Source: an uncultured cyanobacterium (lineage in GTDB: Bacteria; Cyanobacteriota; Cyanobacteriia; Leptolyngbyales; Leptolyngbyaceae). Taken from it: a stretch of DNA of 64,000 nt. Numbering within the stretch: the stretch's first letter is position 1; each line of letters starts with the position of its first letter. Under the pieces are notes generated by a model. That model did no database searches and was not told the DNA's origin. It saw only the letters and a program-made list of their open reading frames with translations. Of this stretch, positions 21,480-31,712 are shown piece after piece. The position numbers and the translations under genes are program-made. The stretch is from NCBI GenBank assembly GCA_963766075.1, contig CAVYAN010000026.1, positions 30,117-94,116 on the forward strand, read 5' to 3'.

Positions 21480-22400
21480 CTAATCAGAAATTGCCCCGAT
21501 GCTGCGGGCCGGATTTCTGGTCTTTTCGGCAAACATACCCGTTCCCCGCAGCAGATCCAAAAACGTAAACACCGCCGGGGCATGAAGCGCCTCTGCCAAT
21601 ACCGCCGCCCCAATGATCCGCTCCAGGGGCACGGGCAGCGATCGCACCTGGACCCCCGGCGGAATCGGAATGGCCGCAAACCGAGGCAAAATCGCCGCCC
21701 CTAACCCCTGGGACACCATGCTGACAATGGTCGAGTCTTCCTTGATTTCATAGGCAACCCGCAGGGTTTGGTGCCACTGTGCCCAGTGATTCCGCACCGC
21801 CGAGGTGCATTCTGCATAGTTATACAAGATAAATGCATAGTTTGAGAGCTCTTCCCAGGTGAGGGTCTCGGGCACGGGTACGGCAGTTGGGGGCAATAAC
21901 ACCACAAACTCATCGCGGGCGATTTCCCAGGTTTCTAAGTCCCCGGGCGATCGCGGCAACGGCACCAGGCCAATATCCACTAAACCCTCACGCAAAGCCT
22001 GTTCCACCCCGGTTGGATCATCCTCCGTCAGCTTAACTTCCACCCCCGGAAACCGCTGCGAAAACCGCACAATCAGCGGTGGCAACAGGTGTGTAGCGGC
22101 ACTGCGAAACGAGGCAATCCGGACCTGCCCCTCCTGCATGCTTTTTTCTAAATTGACAATATGGTCCATGCCGTCGCGGGCCAGGAGCATCTGCTCCGCA
22201 TGGCCCACAATCCGCTCACCAATGGAAGTAGGCCGCGCCCCAAACCGCCCCCGCACCAGCAAACTAACCCCCAGTTCGGCTTCTAACGCGGCGATCGCCC
22301 GACTCACCGCCGACTGTGACAAATCCAACTTCAACGCTGCCGTCGAAAAACTGCTGTGCTCCACCACGGCCAGGAACACCCGTAAATGAAAAACATTCAT
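21480..22400 (-). CDS. LysR family transcriptional regulator
   Basis: HTH SFSTAALKLDLSQSAVSRAI plus substrate-binding domain. Confidence 0.93.
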   Translation of the reverse strand: MNVFHLRVFLAVVEHSSFSTAALKLDLSQSAVSRAIAALEAELGVSLLVRGRFGARPTSIGERIVGHAEQMLLARDGMDHIVNLEKSMQEGQVRIASFRSAATHLLPPLIVRFSQRFPGVEVKLTEDDPTGVEQALREGLVDIGLVPLPRSPGDLETWEIARDEFVVLLPPTAVPVPETLTWEELSNYAFILYNYAECTSAVRNHWAQWHQTLRVAYEIKEDSTIVSMVSQGLGAAILPRFAAIPIPPGVQVRSLPVPLERIIGAAVLAEALHAPAVFTFLDLLRGTGMFAEKTRNPARSIGAISD

Positions 22401-22865
22401 CGTCAGAATCGATTCACTTTTTGCATGGATATGCACCGTAAACGGTTTTGATCCGCTGGAACACTTGAGTTAGGGTATGTTTACAAATCGTTAAACGAAG
22501 CCACCGCATTTTGCAGCCCGTCTCGGTCAATCCGCCTAGTTAAAGGACCTGTTCTGTAATGTGTGATGTCCTGCACCCGCTGGGGTAATGCCCTTTGGGA
22601 TCATGCCCGCTAAGGTCCGTCAGGACAGACCATTTAGACAGATCGTGATTTTTCCCGCTGGGTGGTCCATTCTGAATCAAATCGGTGACACGGTCGGACC
22701 CATAGACCTGCCCCGATTGCGGATTCAGAGCCGTGTGCGGCTGTGCAACTGTGGCCTTGAGGATACGACATTGACCGTGGTGTGCCCCCACCAGCCCTCC
22801 CGATCAGGCCGTGTATTCACATCCAGATTATTCACATTCAGACTTTGTACCCACACCCTCGTCCT

Positions 22866-23357
22866 ATGTTTGAGTTACTCGCCTACGAAAAGTTTCGCGA
22901 TACCCCCAAGGTTCGGTTTTTCGATATCACGGTAGCCAATTCCAATGCCCGTGACTTGGTGTTTCATGATGGCCCCGCCACCAGTCCCCACGATAGTCCC
23001 GATGGCAGTTGGCAGTTTTACCTCCATCCCAACCAAGAAGACAACCTATTGGCCCTTTCCGGTGGTCGCACGTTCTATTTAGTCAACTTTAGTTGGGAAT
23101 ATCCCTTCCACATGGTGCGCTTGGAAGCGGGCGGGGAAATTCTGCGACTACCGCCCGGTACGTTTCACCGTTCTGTGTCCGATCCGAATGGCTCGTTAGT
23201 GCTGAATCAAGCGGTCCGGACCGCTGCCGCTACAGTGGCCAGTGAGTTTCGCGTTTACAACAGCGGCGAGATTCCTCGCCTGTTGCGGGTAACCTCGAAA
23301 ACGGCCTCTCCCCCCAAAATGCATGGGTTCAACAAAATCGATCTCCGTGTTGCCTAG
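22866..23357 (+). CDS. RmlC-like cupin protein
   Basis: FYLHPNQEDNL and PPGTFHRS cupin His motifs; divergent from LysR. Confidence 0.75.
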   Translation: MFELLAYEKFRDTPKVRFFDITVANSNARDLVFHDGPATSPHDSPDGSWQFYLHPNQEDNLLALSGGRTFYLVNFSWEYPFHMVRLEAGGEILRLPPGTFHRSVSDPNGSLVLNQAVRTAAATVASEFRVYNSGEIPRLLRVTSKTASPPKMHGFNKIDLRVA

Positions 23358-23435
23358 GCTCATAGGCTCACGACAGGCGATCGCCCGACTCCGGATACAG
23401 GATGTCGTCGATCGCCTACAGCATCTACATAGAGA

Positions 23436-23476
23436 ATAGAGATCCTGGCTTAGGTCACAGCAGCCAGGATCTCTAT
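23436..23476. terminator. Hairpin between convergent cupin gene and recJ
   Basis: ATAGAGATCCTGGCT...AGCCAGGATCTCTAT 15-bp perfect stem. Confidence 0.65.
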
Positions 23477-25467
23477 CAGGCCAGCGGAACGGCTGTTTCT
23501 AGGGCCTGCACGGCCAACTTTACCAAATCATAGAACGGGGGCTGGCAAACGTTCACTTGCTTGAGCGCCTGACCCGCCTGACTGAGAGTGCCGACTTTTT
23601 GGCCCTGCTGAACCACCAAGAGTTTGCCAGCATCATTTTCGATCTGGAGTTCGGGGCGGGGGAATTTTTGGATCAGGCTACAGTAGTATTTGCGATCGCC
23701 CTGCCAAAATTCCGTGGCTTTTTCGGCCACGGTTGGACTTGGCAGACGCACCCCGATAATCTCCAGCTCAACGGAGATTTCGCCCTGCCACTCGTTGGTC
23801 CGTACCCGGTAGGCAATATCCACCCGCTGGGGCAAGGGGTAATACTCTCCCCAGCGCCACGCGATCGCCTTCAGGGTTTGGGTTGGATCATCCTGGCTAA
23901 CGGTGAGTTTTAGGTGTCCTTTGCCGATTAGGCGCTGGTCGTGAATCCAGACATTGGCGGACCAAAATACGGGATCGGGGTTGGCAATACCACAGGGATG
24001 CAGGGCATCAATTTGGGCATACAGCGCGTGATCGATCGCGGCCAAGGGCGCTTGAACATCCACGGTGACCAGGGGTTTCAAATGTTCTGGCTGTAGACAG
24101 CCGTGGGCAAAGTCCCGCAGGTGCGATCGCAGGGCCAACAAATTTTCCGCCGGCAGGGAGAAGCCGCCCGCCGCCCGGTGGCCCCCAAAGCGTTCCAGTA
24201 CGGATTCACACTGTTGCAAAGCGGCAAACACATTGAATTCGGGAATGCTGCGGGCCGAACCCCGGATATGCTGCTCGTCTTCGTAGGTGCCAATAAAAAC
24301 GGGCACCCCATAACGCTCCACCAGACGCGAGGCGACAATGCCGATTACGCCATGGTGCCAGTTAGGTTGCACCACCACCAGAACCCGATCGCCCTGGGGA
24401 TCTCCGGATTCACCGGATTCGCAGACCGCGATCGCCTCTTGCTCAATTTCCTGGCAGAGCTGTTGCCGCTGTTGATTAATTTGCTCACACTGCATGGCCC
24501 GCTCCAGCGCTGTGCCCAGATCCGTCGTGGTCAGCAGCTCGATTACAATTTGCGGATCGGCCAGCCGACCCACCGCATTAATTCGAGGCCCAAGCCGAAA
24601 CCCGATCGCCTCCGGTTTCAAATCCTGGGCACCACTCAATCCGGCCACTTGAATCAGCGCCTCAATCCCCTCAATTTTGGACCTGGGCAACAGTTGCAAC
24701 CCCCGCTTGACCCAGCGGCGATTGACTCCGGTCAAGGGGGCCAGGTCGGCGATGGTACCCAGGGTGAACAGTTCCAGCAAAGCATTGCCCAAGTCCTGGG
24801 ATCTGCCGAGGCTTTCAGCCAGGCAGGTCGCCAGCACGTAGGCCACACCAACCCCCGCCAAGCCTCGGTAGGGAGAAGTCTCGGCAATTAGTTTGGGATT
24901 GAGGATGGCATTGGCGGGGGGAATCTCCAGCGGCAAGTCGTGGTGATCCGTAATGATGACGGTTAGTCCTAGCTCGCGGGCACGGGTAATGGGTTCCACG
25001 GCGGCAATGCCATTATCGACCGTCAGCACCAGGGACACGCCTTCCTCGTAGAATTCTTCGATGATGCGGGTGTTGATGCCGTAGCCTTCGCTCATGCGGC
25101 TGGGAATGGCGTAATCCACTTGGGCTCCCAGACTCCGCAGCGATCGCAGCAATAGGGCCGTGCTGGTCATGCCATCGGCGTCGTAATCGCCGCAAATCGC
25201 AATTTTCTGCCGCTGATTAATCGCATTGATCAACAGTTCTAGGCACAGGGCCAGATCGGGAAAATCTTCCAGCGGCGAAGGCAATGCCCCCTGCTCCGGC
25301 TGTAAAAACTCCATAGCTGCCGCCGCCGTCGCCAAGCCACGATTCAGCAAAACCTGGGCCAGGAGAGGGGAAAGCTGGGTCGCTTCAGCGATCGCCGCAC
25401 TGGCCGAAGCCTGAGAAGGCGCAATGTGCCAACGCTGATCGGGAAACTTACCGGGAGAAACATTCAC
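23476..25467 (-). CDS. recJ: Single-stranded-DNA-specific exonuclease RecJ
   Basis: GDYDADG, TDHH, GTIAD, GGH DHH/DHHA1 motifs. Confidence 0.96.
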   Translation of the reverse strand: MNVSPGKFPDQRWHIAPSQASASAAIAEATQLSPLLAQVLLNRGLATAAAAMEFLQPEQGALPSPLEDFPDLALCLELLINAINQRQKIAICGDYDADGMTSTALLLRSLRSLGAQVDYAIPSRMSEGYGINTRIIEEFYEEGVSLVLTVDNGIAAVEPITRARELGLTVIITDHHDLPLEIPPANAILNPKLIAETSPYRGLAGVGVAYVLATCLAESLGRSQDLGNALLELFTLGTIADLAPLTGVNRRWVKRGLQLLPRSKIEGIEALIQVAGLSGAQDLKPEAIGFRLGPRINAVGRLADPQIVIELLTTTDLGTALERAMQCEQINQQRQQLCQEIEQEAIAVCESGESGDPQGDRVLVVVQPNWHHGVIGIVASRLVERYGVPVFIGTYEDEQHIRGSARSIPEFNVFAALQQCESVLERFGGHRAAGGFSLPAENLLALRSHLRDFAHGCLQPEHLKPLVTVDVQAPLAAIDHALYAQIDALHPCGIANPDPVFWSANVWIHDQRLIGKGHLKLTVSQDDPTQTLKAIAWRWGEYYPLPQRVDIAYRVRTNEWQGEISVELEIIGVRLPSPTVAEKATEFWQGDRKYYCSLIQKFPRPELQIENDAGKLLVVQQGQKVGTLSQAGQALKQVNVCQPPFYDLVKLAVQALETAVPLA

Positions 25468-25532
25468 AAACGCTACCGAATAATAGGGCTAAGGCGATTT
25501 CCAAGAAATAATATACCCACTGGGTAATCGAT

Positions 25533-25633
25533 CCGCTGGCTGAGCGGAGTCAAAGCCAGCGGCAGATTGCTCCCTTCGACTCCGCTCAGGGAGCAATCTG
25601 GGTCGGTAGATTCTTGCATAGAAATTTCCTAAG
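25533..25633. repeat. Dispersed palindromic element, copy 2 (opposite orientation to 199-314)
   Basis: See copy 1. Confidence 0.75.
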
Positions 25634-25909
25634 AGGGAACTAAAGGTTCCAAGGGAACAAAGAGCCTGGGCCGACGATACCGTCAGAAAGACGATACCGT
25701 CAGAAAATTATGGCCTAATTTACCGCAAAATCCCTGACGTCGCTACACTGGAATGGCTCATCAAGGCAAATGGGTTTGGGATGACGCGCCGTCGTGCTGG
25801 AGAACTGCCCTCCCATCCACTGCCCTACGCCGGCCCTGAATGCAAAGCCCTTGCTCCAAAATCCAAGCTCTCAAATCCCCCTGCTCCGTCGCACTGGAGG
25901 CGACTGTTG

Positions 25910-26464
25910 ATGATTTATCCCAAGTACTTTTCTGCAATGAAGGCGTTCGTTCTGATTAGTGGCACCCTGTTCGGACTATGGGCTAACGGTAGTTTGCCGG
26001 CCTACGGACAAGGTGCTGCCCCCGCTACGCCCAGTGCATCACCCGCTGTGCCCACGCCCCCTGCGCAAGCGGCACCATCGGTCCCCGCCCAACCAGTTTC
26101 CTCGGAGGATCTCCAAAAATTTGCCAAGGTGGTCAAGCAGCTTTTGGCCTTGGACCAAGCGACAGAGGCCGAGATGGTCACGGCGATTGAAAAGGCGGGC
26201 TTACCCAAGGAACGGTTTTTAGTGCTTTATCTGGCGAAGCGGGATCCCGCAGGCAAGCCAGATGTAAAAATCACCGCGGATGAAGCCAAACAATATGCCA
26301 ATGCTGAAACACAGGTCACGGCCATTCAGAAGAATGCGATCGCCAAGCAGGACGAAGTGATTAAGGCGGAGGGCTTTAATGGACAGCGGTTTAACCAAAT
26401 TATGAATGCCGTGCAGGGAGATCCCAAGCTACAGCAAGACTTGAAGAAAATGCTGCAAAGCTAG
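25910..26464 (+). CDS. DUF4168 family secreted protein
   Basis: Signal peptide, Pro/Ala linker, two repeats of the I...GL...RF..I type; GGAGG RBS. Confidence 0.75.
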   Translation: MIYPKYFSAMKAFVLISGTLFGLWANGSLPAYGQGAAPATPSASPAVPTPPAQAAPSVPAQPVSSEDLQKFAKVVKQLLALDQATEAEMVTAIEKAGLPKERFLVLYLAKRDPAGKPDVKITADEAKQYANAETQVTAIQKNAIAKQDEVIKAEGFNGQRFNQIMNAVQGDPKLQQDLKKMLQS

Positions 26465-26729
26465 TCGCCAACAGCGAGTCTAGAAAGTAGAGGACAGCGA
26501 ATATGAGGCAAAAGAACAGGGGGGAAATCTCGGGGTAGGGGGCAACCGGATGAGAGGCATGGGGAGAACATGGGGTAGGTTGCCGAGTGCGGTTACAATT
26601 AAACCTCTCGCCAGAGGTCTCCGAGTAGAGATTCACATAAAGGCGTTTCGATTAGATCCGAAATAGGGCAGTTGAATCGGACGGCCCCGTCTGAAGTCCC
26701 CATTGCACTTGTCCCCTTTTTTCTTTGCC

Positions 26730-28550
26730 ATGATGCATTCTCGATCCTGTTTCATACCTTATCGATCGCTTTGTCTTAACTTGATGCGCTCTGCCGGGAT
26801 CAATGTATTGATCGGATGGCTGGGAGTTATGGCCACGGCGGGCGGGGCGATCGCGGCCGAGCGGATCTTTGTTTCCTATAATCTATTGGAGCGCTCTATT
26901 CCTTTAGCGTCGCTGGAGACCTACGCAGCCACGGGTAAGGTGGATCGCCCCCTAGCCATCTACGCTCAGTACGCCAAACCAGACGATCTGAAACAATTGC
27001 GCAGCATTCTGCTCGCCCAGGCAGACCTGAGTCCCGTGGCCATGTCGCAGTTTCTTTACAGTCCCCAGGGAGAAGTACTGCTGAAGCGATTGGGCGAGGT
27101 AATTCAGCCGGAATCCCGCATATCAGGCTTTAAGGCGATTCGCGCGGCGCTGATTTTGGCGGCGGCAGATCCGGAAGGATTAACACTGCTAAATGTTCTG
27201 CGGAAGTTCCCCACCCGTGGCCTGCGGATCGACGTGGAAAAGAGTCTAGAAATTGCGGTGAGCTTAGAACGGGTTGTCAACGATACCCAACAGGCTGCGG
27301 ATGCCGTGATCCAGCAGTCTGTGTTGGAGCAGCAAAATCCAGAGCCACAGGGCCCAGGACCGCAAGGCCCAGAGCCACAAGGTCCAGGCAATCCACCTGC
27401 GGGACGGGTGGACCTACGGCAGCGTGGACCGTTTGGGGTACGACAGCAGACCCTAACCTTGGTGGATACTCAGCGCCAGACGGGTTTACTCCCTGGTCTG
27501 AATCGTCCGCAGCCTAGGGCGAGTGGCGATCGCACGGGGCGATCTCTGCCTGTGGATATCTACATGCCCGTGCCCCGCATTGCACTTGGCCCAGCACGCT
27601 ATCCCGTTATCGTAATTTCCCATGGCCTCGGATCCGACCGTACCACCTTTGCCTATCTGGCAGAACATTTGGCCTCCTACGGGTTTGGGATTTTGGTTCC
27701 AGAGCATCCCGGCAGTAACAAACAACAATTAAAAGCCCTGATCAATGGCACGGCCCAAGAAATCGCCGAACCCGCAGAATTTATTAATCGACCTTTGGAC
27801 ATTACTTTTTTGCTGAACAAACTGGAAGGCAACAGCACTCTGAGCGCCCTGAATTTTCAGCAGGTGGGTGTCCTTGGGCAGTCGTTTGGTGGGTATACGG
27901 CCCTAGCCATTGCCGGGGCCCCAATCAATCCCACCCAACTGCAACAGGACTGCCAACCCCAATCCCTAGAAAATACCCTGAATTTATCCCTGCTGCTGCA
28001 ATGCCAAGCGGAAAAGCTAGCCGTAGAACACCCCCCTTTGCAGGATGCGCGGGTGAAAGCCGTGATTGCAATCAATCCCATTGCCAGTAGTGTGTTGGGA
28101 CGGGCAGGAATCAGCACCATTCAAATCCCGACCCTGATCGTGTCTGGAATTGCCGATACCGTGGCTCCAGCCCTGCCGGAACAGATTGCCCCCTTTACCT
28201 GGCTGACGACTCCCTCTAAATATCTGGTTACCCTCGATCTCGGCACCCACTTTTCGACGCTCAATGACGCTCAGGATGTTGATAATCCCTTGGATGTGCC
28301 ACCAGAGGTGATCGGTCCCAGTACGGCCTTAGCCCGCCGCTATATGAGTGCGTTGAGTGTGGCGTTTTTTCAGACCTATGTGGCGAATCAACCGGCCTTT
28401 CGGACCTATCTGAATGCCGCCTATGTCCAGACAATCGCCGAACCCCCGATGCCGTTACACTTGGTGCGATCGTTTACCCCGGAACAGTTGACCCAAGCCA
28501 TCGCCCGCAGAAGGGCTAAGCCATCTGCCCCAGTGCCACCCCGTCCTTAG
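26730..28550 (+). CDS. DUF1400-containing alpha/beta hydrolase
   Basis: AAERI N-terminal domain, SHGLGS, GQSFGG, GTHFS; start codon uncertain. Confidence 0.87.
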   Translation: MMHSRSCFIPYRSLCLNLMRSAGINVLIGWLGVMATAGGAIAAERIFVSYNLLERSIPLASLETYAATGKVDRPLAIYAQYAKPDDLKQLRSILLAQADLSPVAMSQFLYSPQGEVLLKRLGEVIQPESRISGFKAIRAALILAAADPEGLTLLNVLRKFPTRGLRIDVEKSLEIAVSLERVVNDTQQAADAVIQQSVLEQQNPEPQGPGPQGPEPQGPGNPPAGRVDLRQRGPFGVRQQTLTLVDTQRQTGLLPGLNRPQPRASGDRTGRSLPVDIYMPVPRIALGPARYPVIVISHGLGSDRTTFAYLAEHLASYGFGILVPEHPGSNKQQLKALINGTAQEIAEPAEFINRPLDITFLLNKLEGNSTLSALNFQQVGVLGQSFGGYTALAIAGAPINPTQLQQDCQPQSLENTLNLSLLLQCQAEKLAVEHPPLQDARVKAVIAINPIASSVLGRAGISTIQIPTLIVSGIADTVAPALPEQIAPFTWLTTPSKYLVTLDLGTHFSTLNDAQDVDNPLDVPPEVIGPSTALARRYMSALSVAFFQTYVANQPAFRTYLNAAYVQTIAEPPMPLHLVRSFTPEQLTQAIARRRAKPSAPVPPRP

Positions 28551-28650
28551 CCCTCGGTGAATTTTCGGCGCTTCGTTTTTGGGGGGCACTATTTTTGGGG
28601 GCATTTTGGGGGGGCATTGTACTGAGGAGAAAAGGGGTTTGGGAATTGTG

Positions 28651-30444
28651 ATGGTTAGACGCTATGGGGCTCTGCTAGGGGCGATCGCCCTAGGGGCTGT
28701 ACTCCGTTTTTGGCATTTAGATGGGAAGCCCCTCTGGCTGGATGAGGTGATCACGGCACTGTTTAGCTTGGGGCACAGCTATAATGACGTGCCCCTAGAG
28801 CAGGTTTTTCCCGTAGCGGCATTGGGGTCCGTATTTGCCCTGAACCGAGGCACCAGTTGTGCCCAGATTGCCCAGACGATCGCTGTGCAGTCGGTACATC
28901 CGCCGCTATTTTTCTGCTGGTTACACCGTTGGCTAATGGCGGTGCAGGGATGGCCCACCTCTTGGATTTGGCAACTGCGGGCTTTTCCGGCCATCGTAGG
29001 CGTGCTGGCGATCGCGGCCCTCTACCAACTGAATCAGGCTCTGTTTTCTCGGCGGGCGGGCCTCGTGGGGGCAGCCTTTATGGCGGTGTCGCCCTTTGCC
29101 GTTTACCTCTCCCAAGAAGCGCGGCACTATACCTTGCCTATGCTGTTGGTGATCTTCGCCCTACGGAGCATGGTACAGATTCAATCCGATTTACAGCTCC
29201 GAAAAAATCCCGATCGGTTCTGGCTGGTTTGGATCTTAGTCAATGGTATTGGCTTTTATATTCACTATTTCTTTCTTCTATCATTCATCGCACAAGTCAT
29301 TACGCTGGTCATGCTTCAGGTCAGCTCTCAGGAGAATTCTTGGAAGCACGTCAGGACTCTAAAATCCTTCGGTGCAGAGGCGCGCAGCATCTGGACTCGG
29401 CTCAAATTTTTAGGGGTGGCTATTGCGGCGGTTTGCCTGCTCTATGCCCCTTGGTTGCCCACCTTCATTGGCCATATTCGCCGTCCTGAGACGGATTGGC
29501 TGAGATCGGCAGATCCCACTTGGTTGCATGCGATCGCCCCCTTGTATCAACTGCCCCTAGGTTGGTTGCTGATGCTGGTAGCGTTCCCGATCACGGGGTG
29601 GGGGTGGTTAATCGGTGTGCCGATGGTCCTATTTGCCCTAGGGGTGGCCGGGATCGCGCTACGCCGACTGCGGCGGCTGTGGGTGCTGCCAGAAACCCGA
29701 TTGGCCACGCGATCGCTCAGTGTCTATGTTCTAGTAGTGGTCGGGGAGTTTTTGGCGATCGCCGCCATTCTCGGCAAGGACCTTACCCAAGTCCCCCGCT
29801 ATAACTTCATTTACTTTCCCGCCATCTGCGCCTTACTAGGAGTCAGCTTTGCCGTCGATCCGGGTCTTATCCCTGTTACCCGTCAGGCCACCCGTCAGAT
29901 CAGCACACGGTTCTCCCCCAACCCCACCCTGCGATGGGTATTCCAGCCACTGTTGTCTCGCCTGTTTTCTCCCCCCTTCATTCTGATCGTGAGTGTAATT
30001 AGTAGCGGCTTGGTGGTTTCTAATGCCGTGCTGGAGAAGTCCTACGCCCCCGACCAAGTGGCCGCCCACGTCTATATTCAACCGGAACAACCGCGATTGG
30101 TTGTCATGGGCTATCAGGATTTACAAGATGTCGCCTTGGGGTTGAGTTTTGCCTTGGCCCTGCGCGACTACGGCATTGATCACCCTGCTGCCAATCCCAG
30201 CAGCCAATTCGTCTTTTTATCGCGCGTTAAAGGCTACGATCCCCTGTGGGAGAAAATTTCCCGGCTTCCTCCTGTTACCCAGTTTCCCCTTAATCTATGG
30301 GTGATTGCTCCAGGCTTAAAGCGGAAAGACTTTCGCTCTCAAATTGCCCTGAGGGATGCCTCCGGCACGGCCAAGACCTGCACCCTGGATCCAAGCCATT
30401 ATTATCGGCTCGGTATCCCCTACCAGCGCTACAACTGCCTATAG
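28651..30444 (+). CDS. Glycosyltransferase family 39 (PMT-like) membrane protein
   Basis: WLDE, HPPLFF, SPFAVYLSQEARHY motifs and many TM helices. Confidence 0.85.
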   Translation: MVRRYGALLGAIALGAVLRFWHLDGKPLWLDEVITALFSLGHSYNDVPLEQVFPVAALGSVFALNRGTSCAQIAQTIAVQSVHPPLFFCWLHRWLMAVQGWPTSWIWQLRAFPAIVGVLAIAALYQLNQALFSRRAGLVGAAFMAVSPFAVYLSQEARHYTLPMLLVIFALRSMVQIQSDLQLRKNPDRFWLVWILVNGIGFYIHYFFLLSFIAQVITLVMLQVSSQENSWKHVRTLKSFGAEARSIWTRLKFLGVAIAAVCLLYAPWLPTFIGHIRRPETDWLRSADPTWLHAIAPLYQLPLGWLLMLVAFPITGWGWLIGVPMVLFALGVAGIALRRLRRLWVLPETRLATRSLSVYVLVVVGEFLAIAAILGKDLTQVPRYNFIYFPAICALLGVSFAVDPGLIPVTRQATRQISTRFSPNPTLRWVFQPLLSRLFSPPFILIVSVISSGLVVSNAVLEKSYAPDQVAAHVYIQPEQPRLVVMGYQDLQDVALGLSFALALRDYGIDHPAANPSSQFVFLSRVKGYDPLWEKISRLPPVTQFPLNLWVIAPGLKRKDFRSQIALRDASGTAKTCTLDPSHYYRLGIPYQRYNCL

Positions 30445-30494
30445 TTGCTCAGTAAGGGGCACTACTTGGACAAATGTGGGCTAACCCAAAGGGC

Positions 30495-31580
30495 CTACTC
30501 GTCAAGCTGCCAGAGCTCTTTGGTATAGTCTTCATCCAGCACCTTCTTAGGTCGCAGAATCAAAATCACCTGCCCCAGGATAGCGATTTCCGGTTCAGTC
30601 TCGAACCATTGAATTTGTAGGTGGTCGGAAGCGCTGATGATGTAATAGCGATCGCTGCGCCATTCCCGCTGGGCCCGATCCACCACCACCAAAACATCCT
30701 CGGCCTTTCCCGGCAGTGGTGTGGGCAGGCTATCACTATCGCAGATTAGCGCTACCGGGTCTTCGGCTACTCGAATCACCTGCCAACCCGGAACCGCCAC
30801 CATTGCCTCTGCATCCACACACTGAGCAATTTGGAAAACCCCCTCAGTAGGCAATGCTGGGACGGCTTGCAGATTAGTTTGAGTTAGGGGCAGAGTACCG
30901 ACTACCGGAATAATGCGCGGCAGTTCCTCATCCGAATCCACACGATAGACAGGCAAGGTTGGGGCTTTGGCCGTGGAGACAACACTGAAGTCAGTCAGAA
31001 GTTGCTCAATATGCTTGCGCGCCGAGGGGCTGTGGGCAAAGCGTAGCCCCTTGGCAATCAAGCGGGCCCGCTCCGGGAAATCGGACTTCTGCCGCGTTTG
31101 TTTCCAGGCTTGGTAGGCCATTGCATCGCCGGGATGAGTGGTAAACCCTTCGGGAATCGCACTCAACCGCCCCAAATCCTTCACAGCCTTGGCCACCTCA
31201 CGGGCCTCGTCCAGATCTAGCCCCTGCTCTAGGGCCAGCGTTGCCACGGCCACACGCTCCGCTTGGTTCAGGATCCGCAGTTCGTAAAGCACATCGCTAC
31301 CCTTTTGGGCAAAATGGGCCTGGACAACAGCGCTAGCTGCCTCGGTCACCAGTGCGCCATAGACCTGAGCCGCCACAATCACCTGATTTTGCTGAATCGG
31401 TTCAAACCCAGTTTCCTCAAAGATGGTTTGAGTCGTGTAGCCCGACTTTTGTAAAGCCTGACAGGCTTGGCCCCAAGCCACCCAGTTACCCTGCTTGCGG
31501 CGGAGGTTCAGCAGCAATTCCTGGGCTTCGGATTCCGATAAAGTTTCAGCATTCGGCCCACCTGGCGGCGTTGCGGTCAT
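30495..31580 (-). CDS. raf1: RuBisCO accumulation factor 1
   Basis: LRRKQGNWVAWG, ETGFEPIQQN, acidic WQLDE C-terminus. Confidence 0.92.
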   Translation of the reverse strand: MTATPPGGPNAETLSESEAQELLLNLRRKQGNWVAWGQACQALQKSGYTTQTIFEETGFEPIQQNQVIVAAQVYGALVTEAASAVVQAHFAQKGSDVLYELRILNQAERVAVATLALEQGLDLDEAREVAKAVKDLGRLSAIPEGFTTHPGDAMAYQAWKQTRQKSDFPERARLIAKGLRFAHSPSARKHIEQLLTDFSVVSTAKAPTLPVYRVDSDEELPRIIPVVGTLPLTQTNLQAVPALPTEGVFQIAQCVDAEAMVAVPGWQVIRVAEDPVALICDSDSLPTPLPGKAEDVLVVVDRAQREWRSDRYYIISASDHLQIQWFETEPEIAILGQVILILRPKKVLDEDYTKELWQLDE

Positions 31581-31712
31581 ACCTGTTTGTTCTCCCTTGT
31601 CCCTGTCAATAGCTCTGTCTGGCGCTTTGATTGTCCCACAGATACTCGCGCAGGATCAGAATCTTGTCTTGCACCGACCCTGAAGGATGGACCAGTGCTA
31701 TCCTGACACCCT

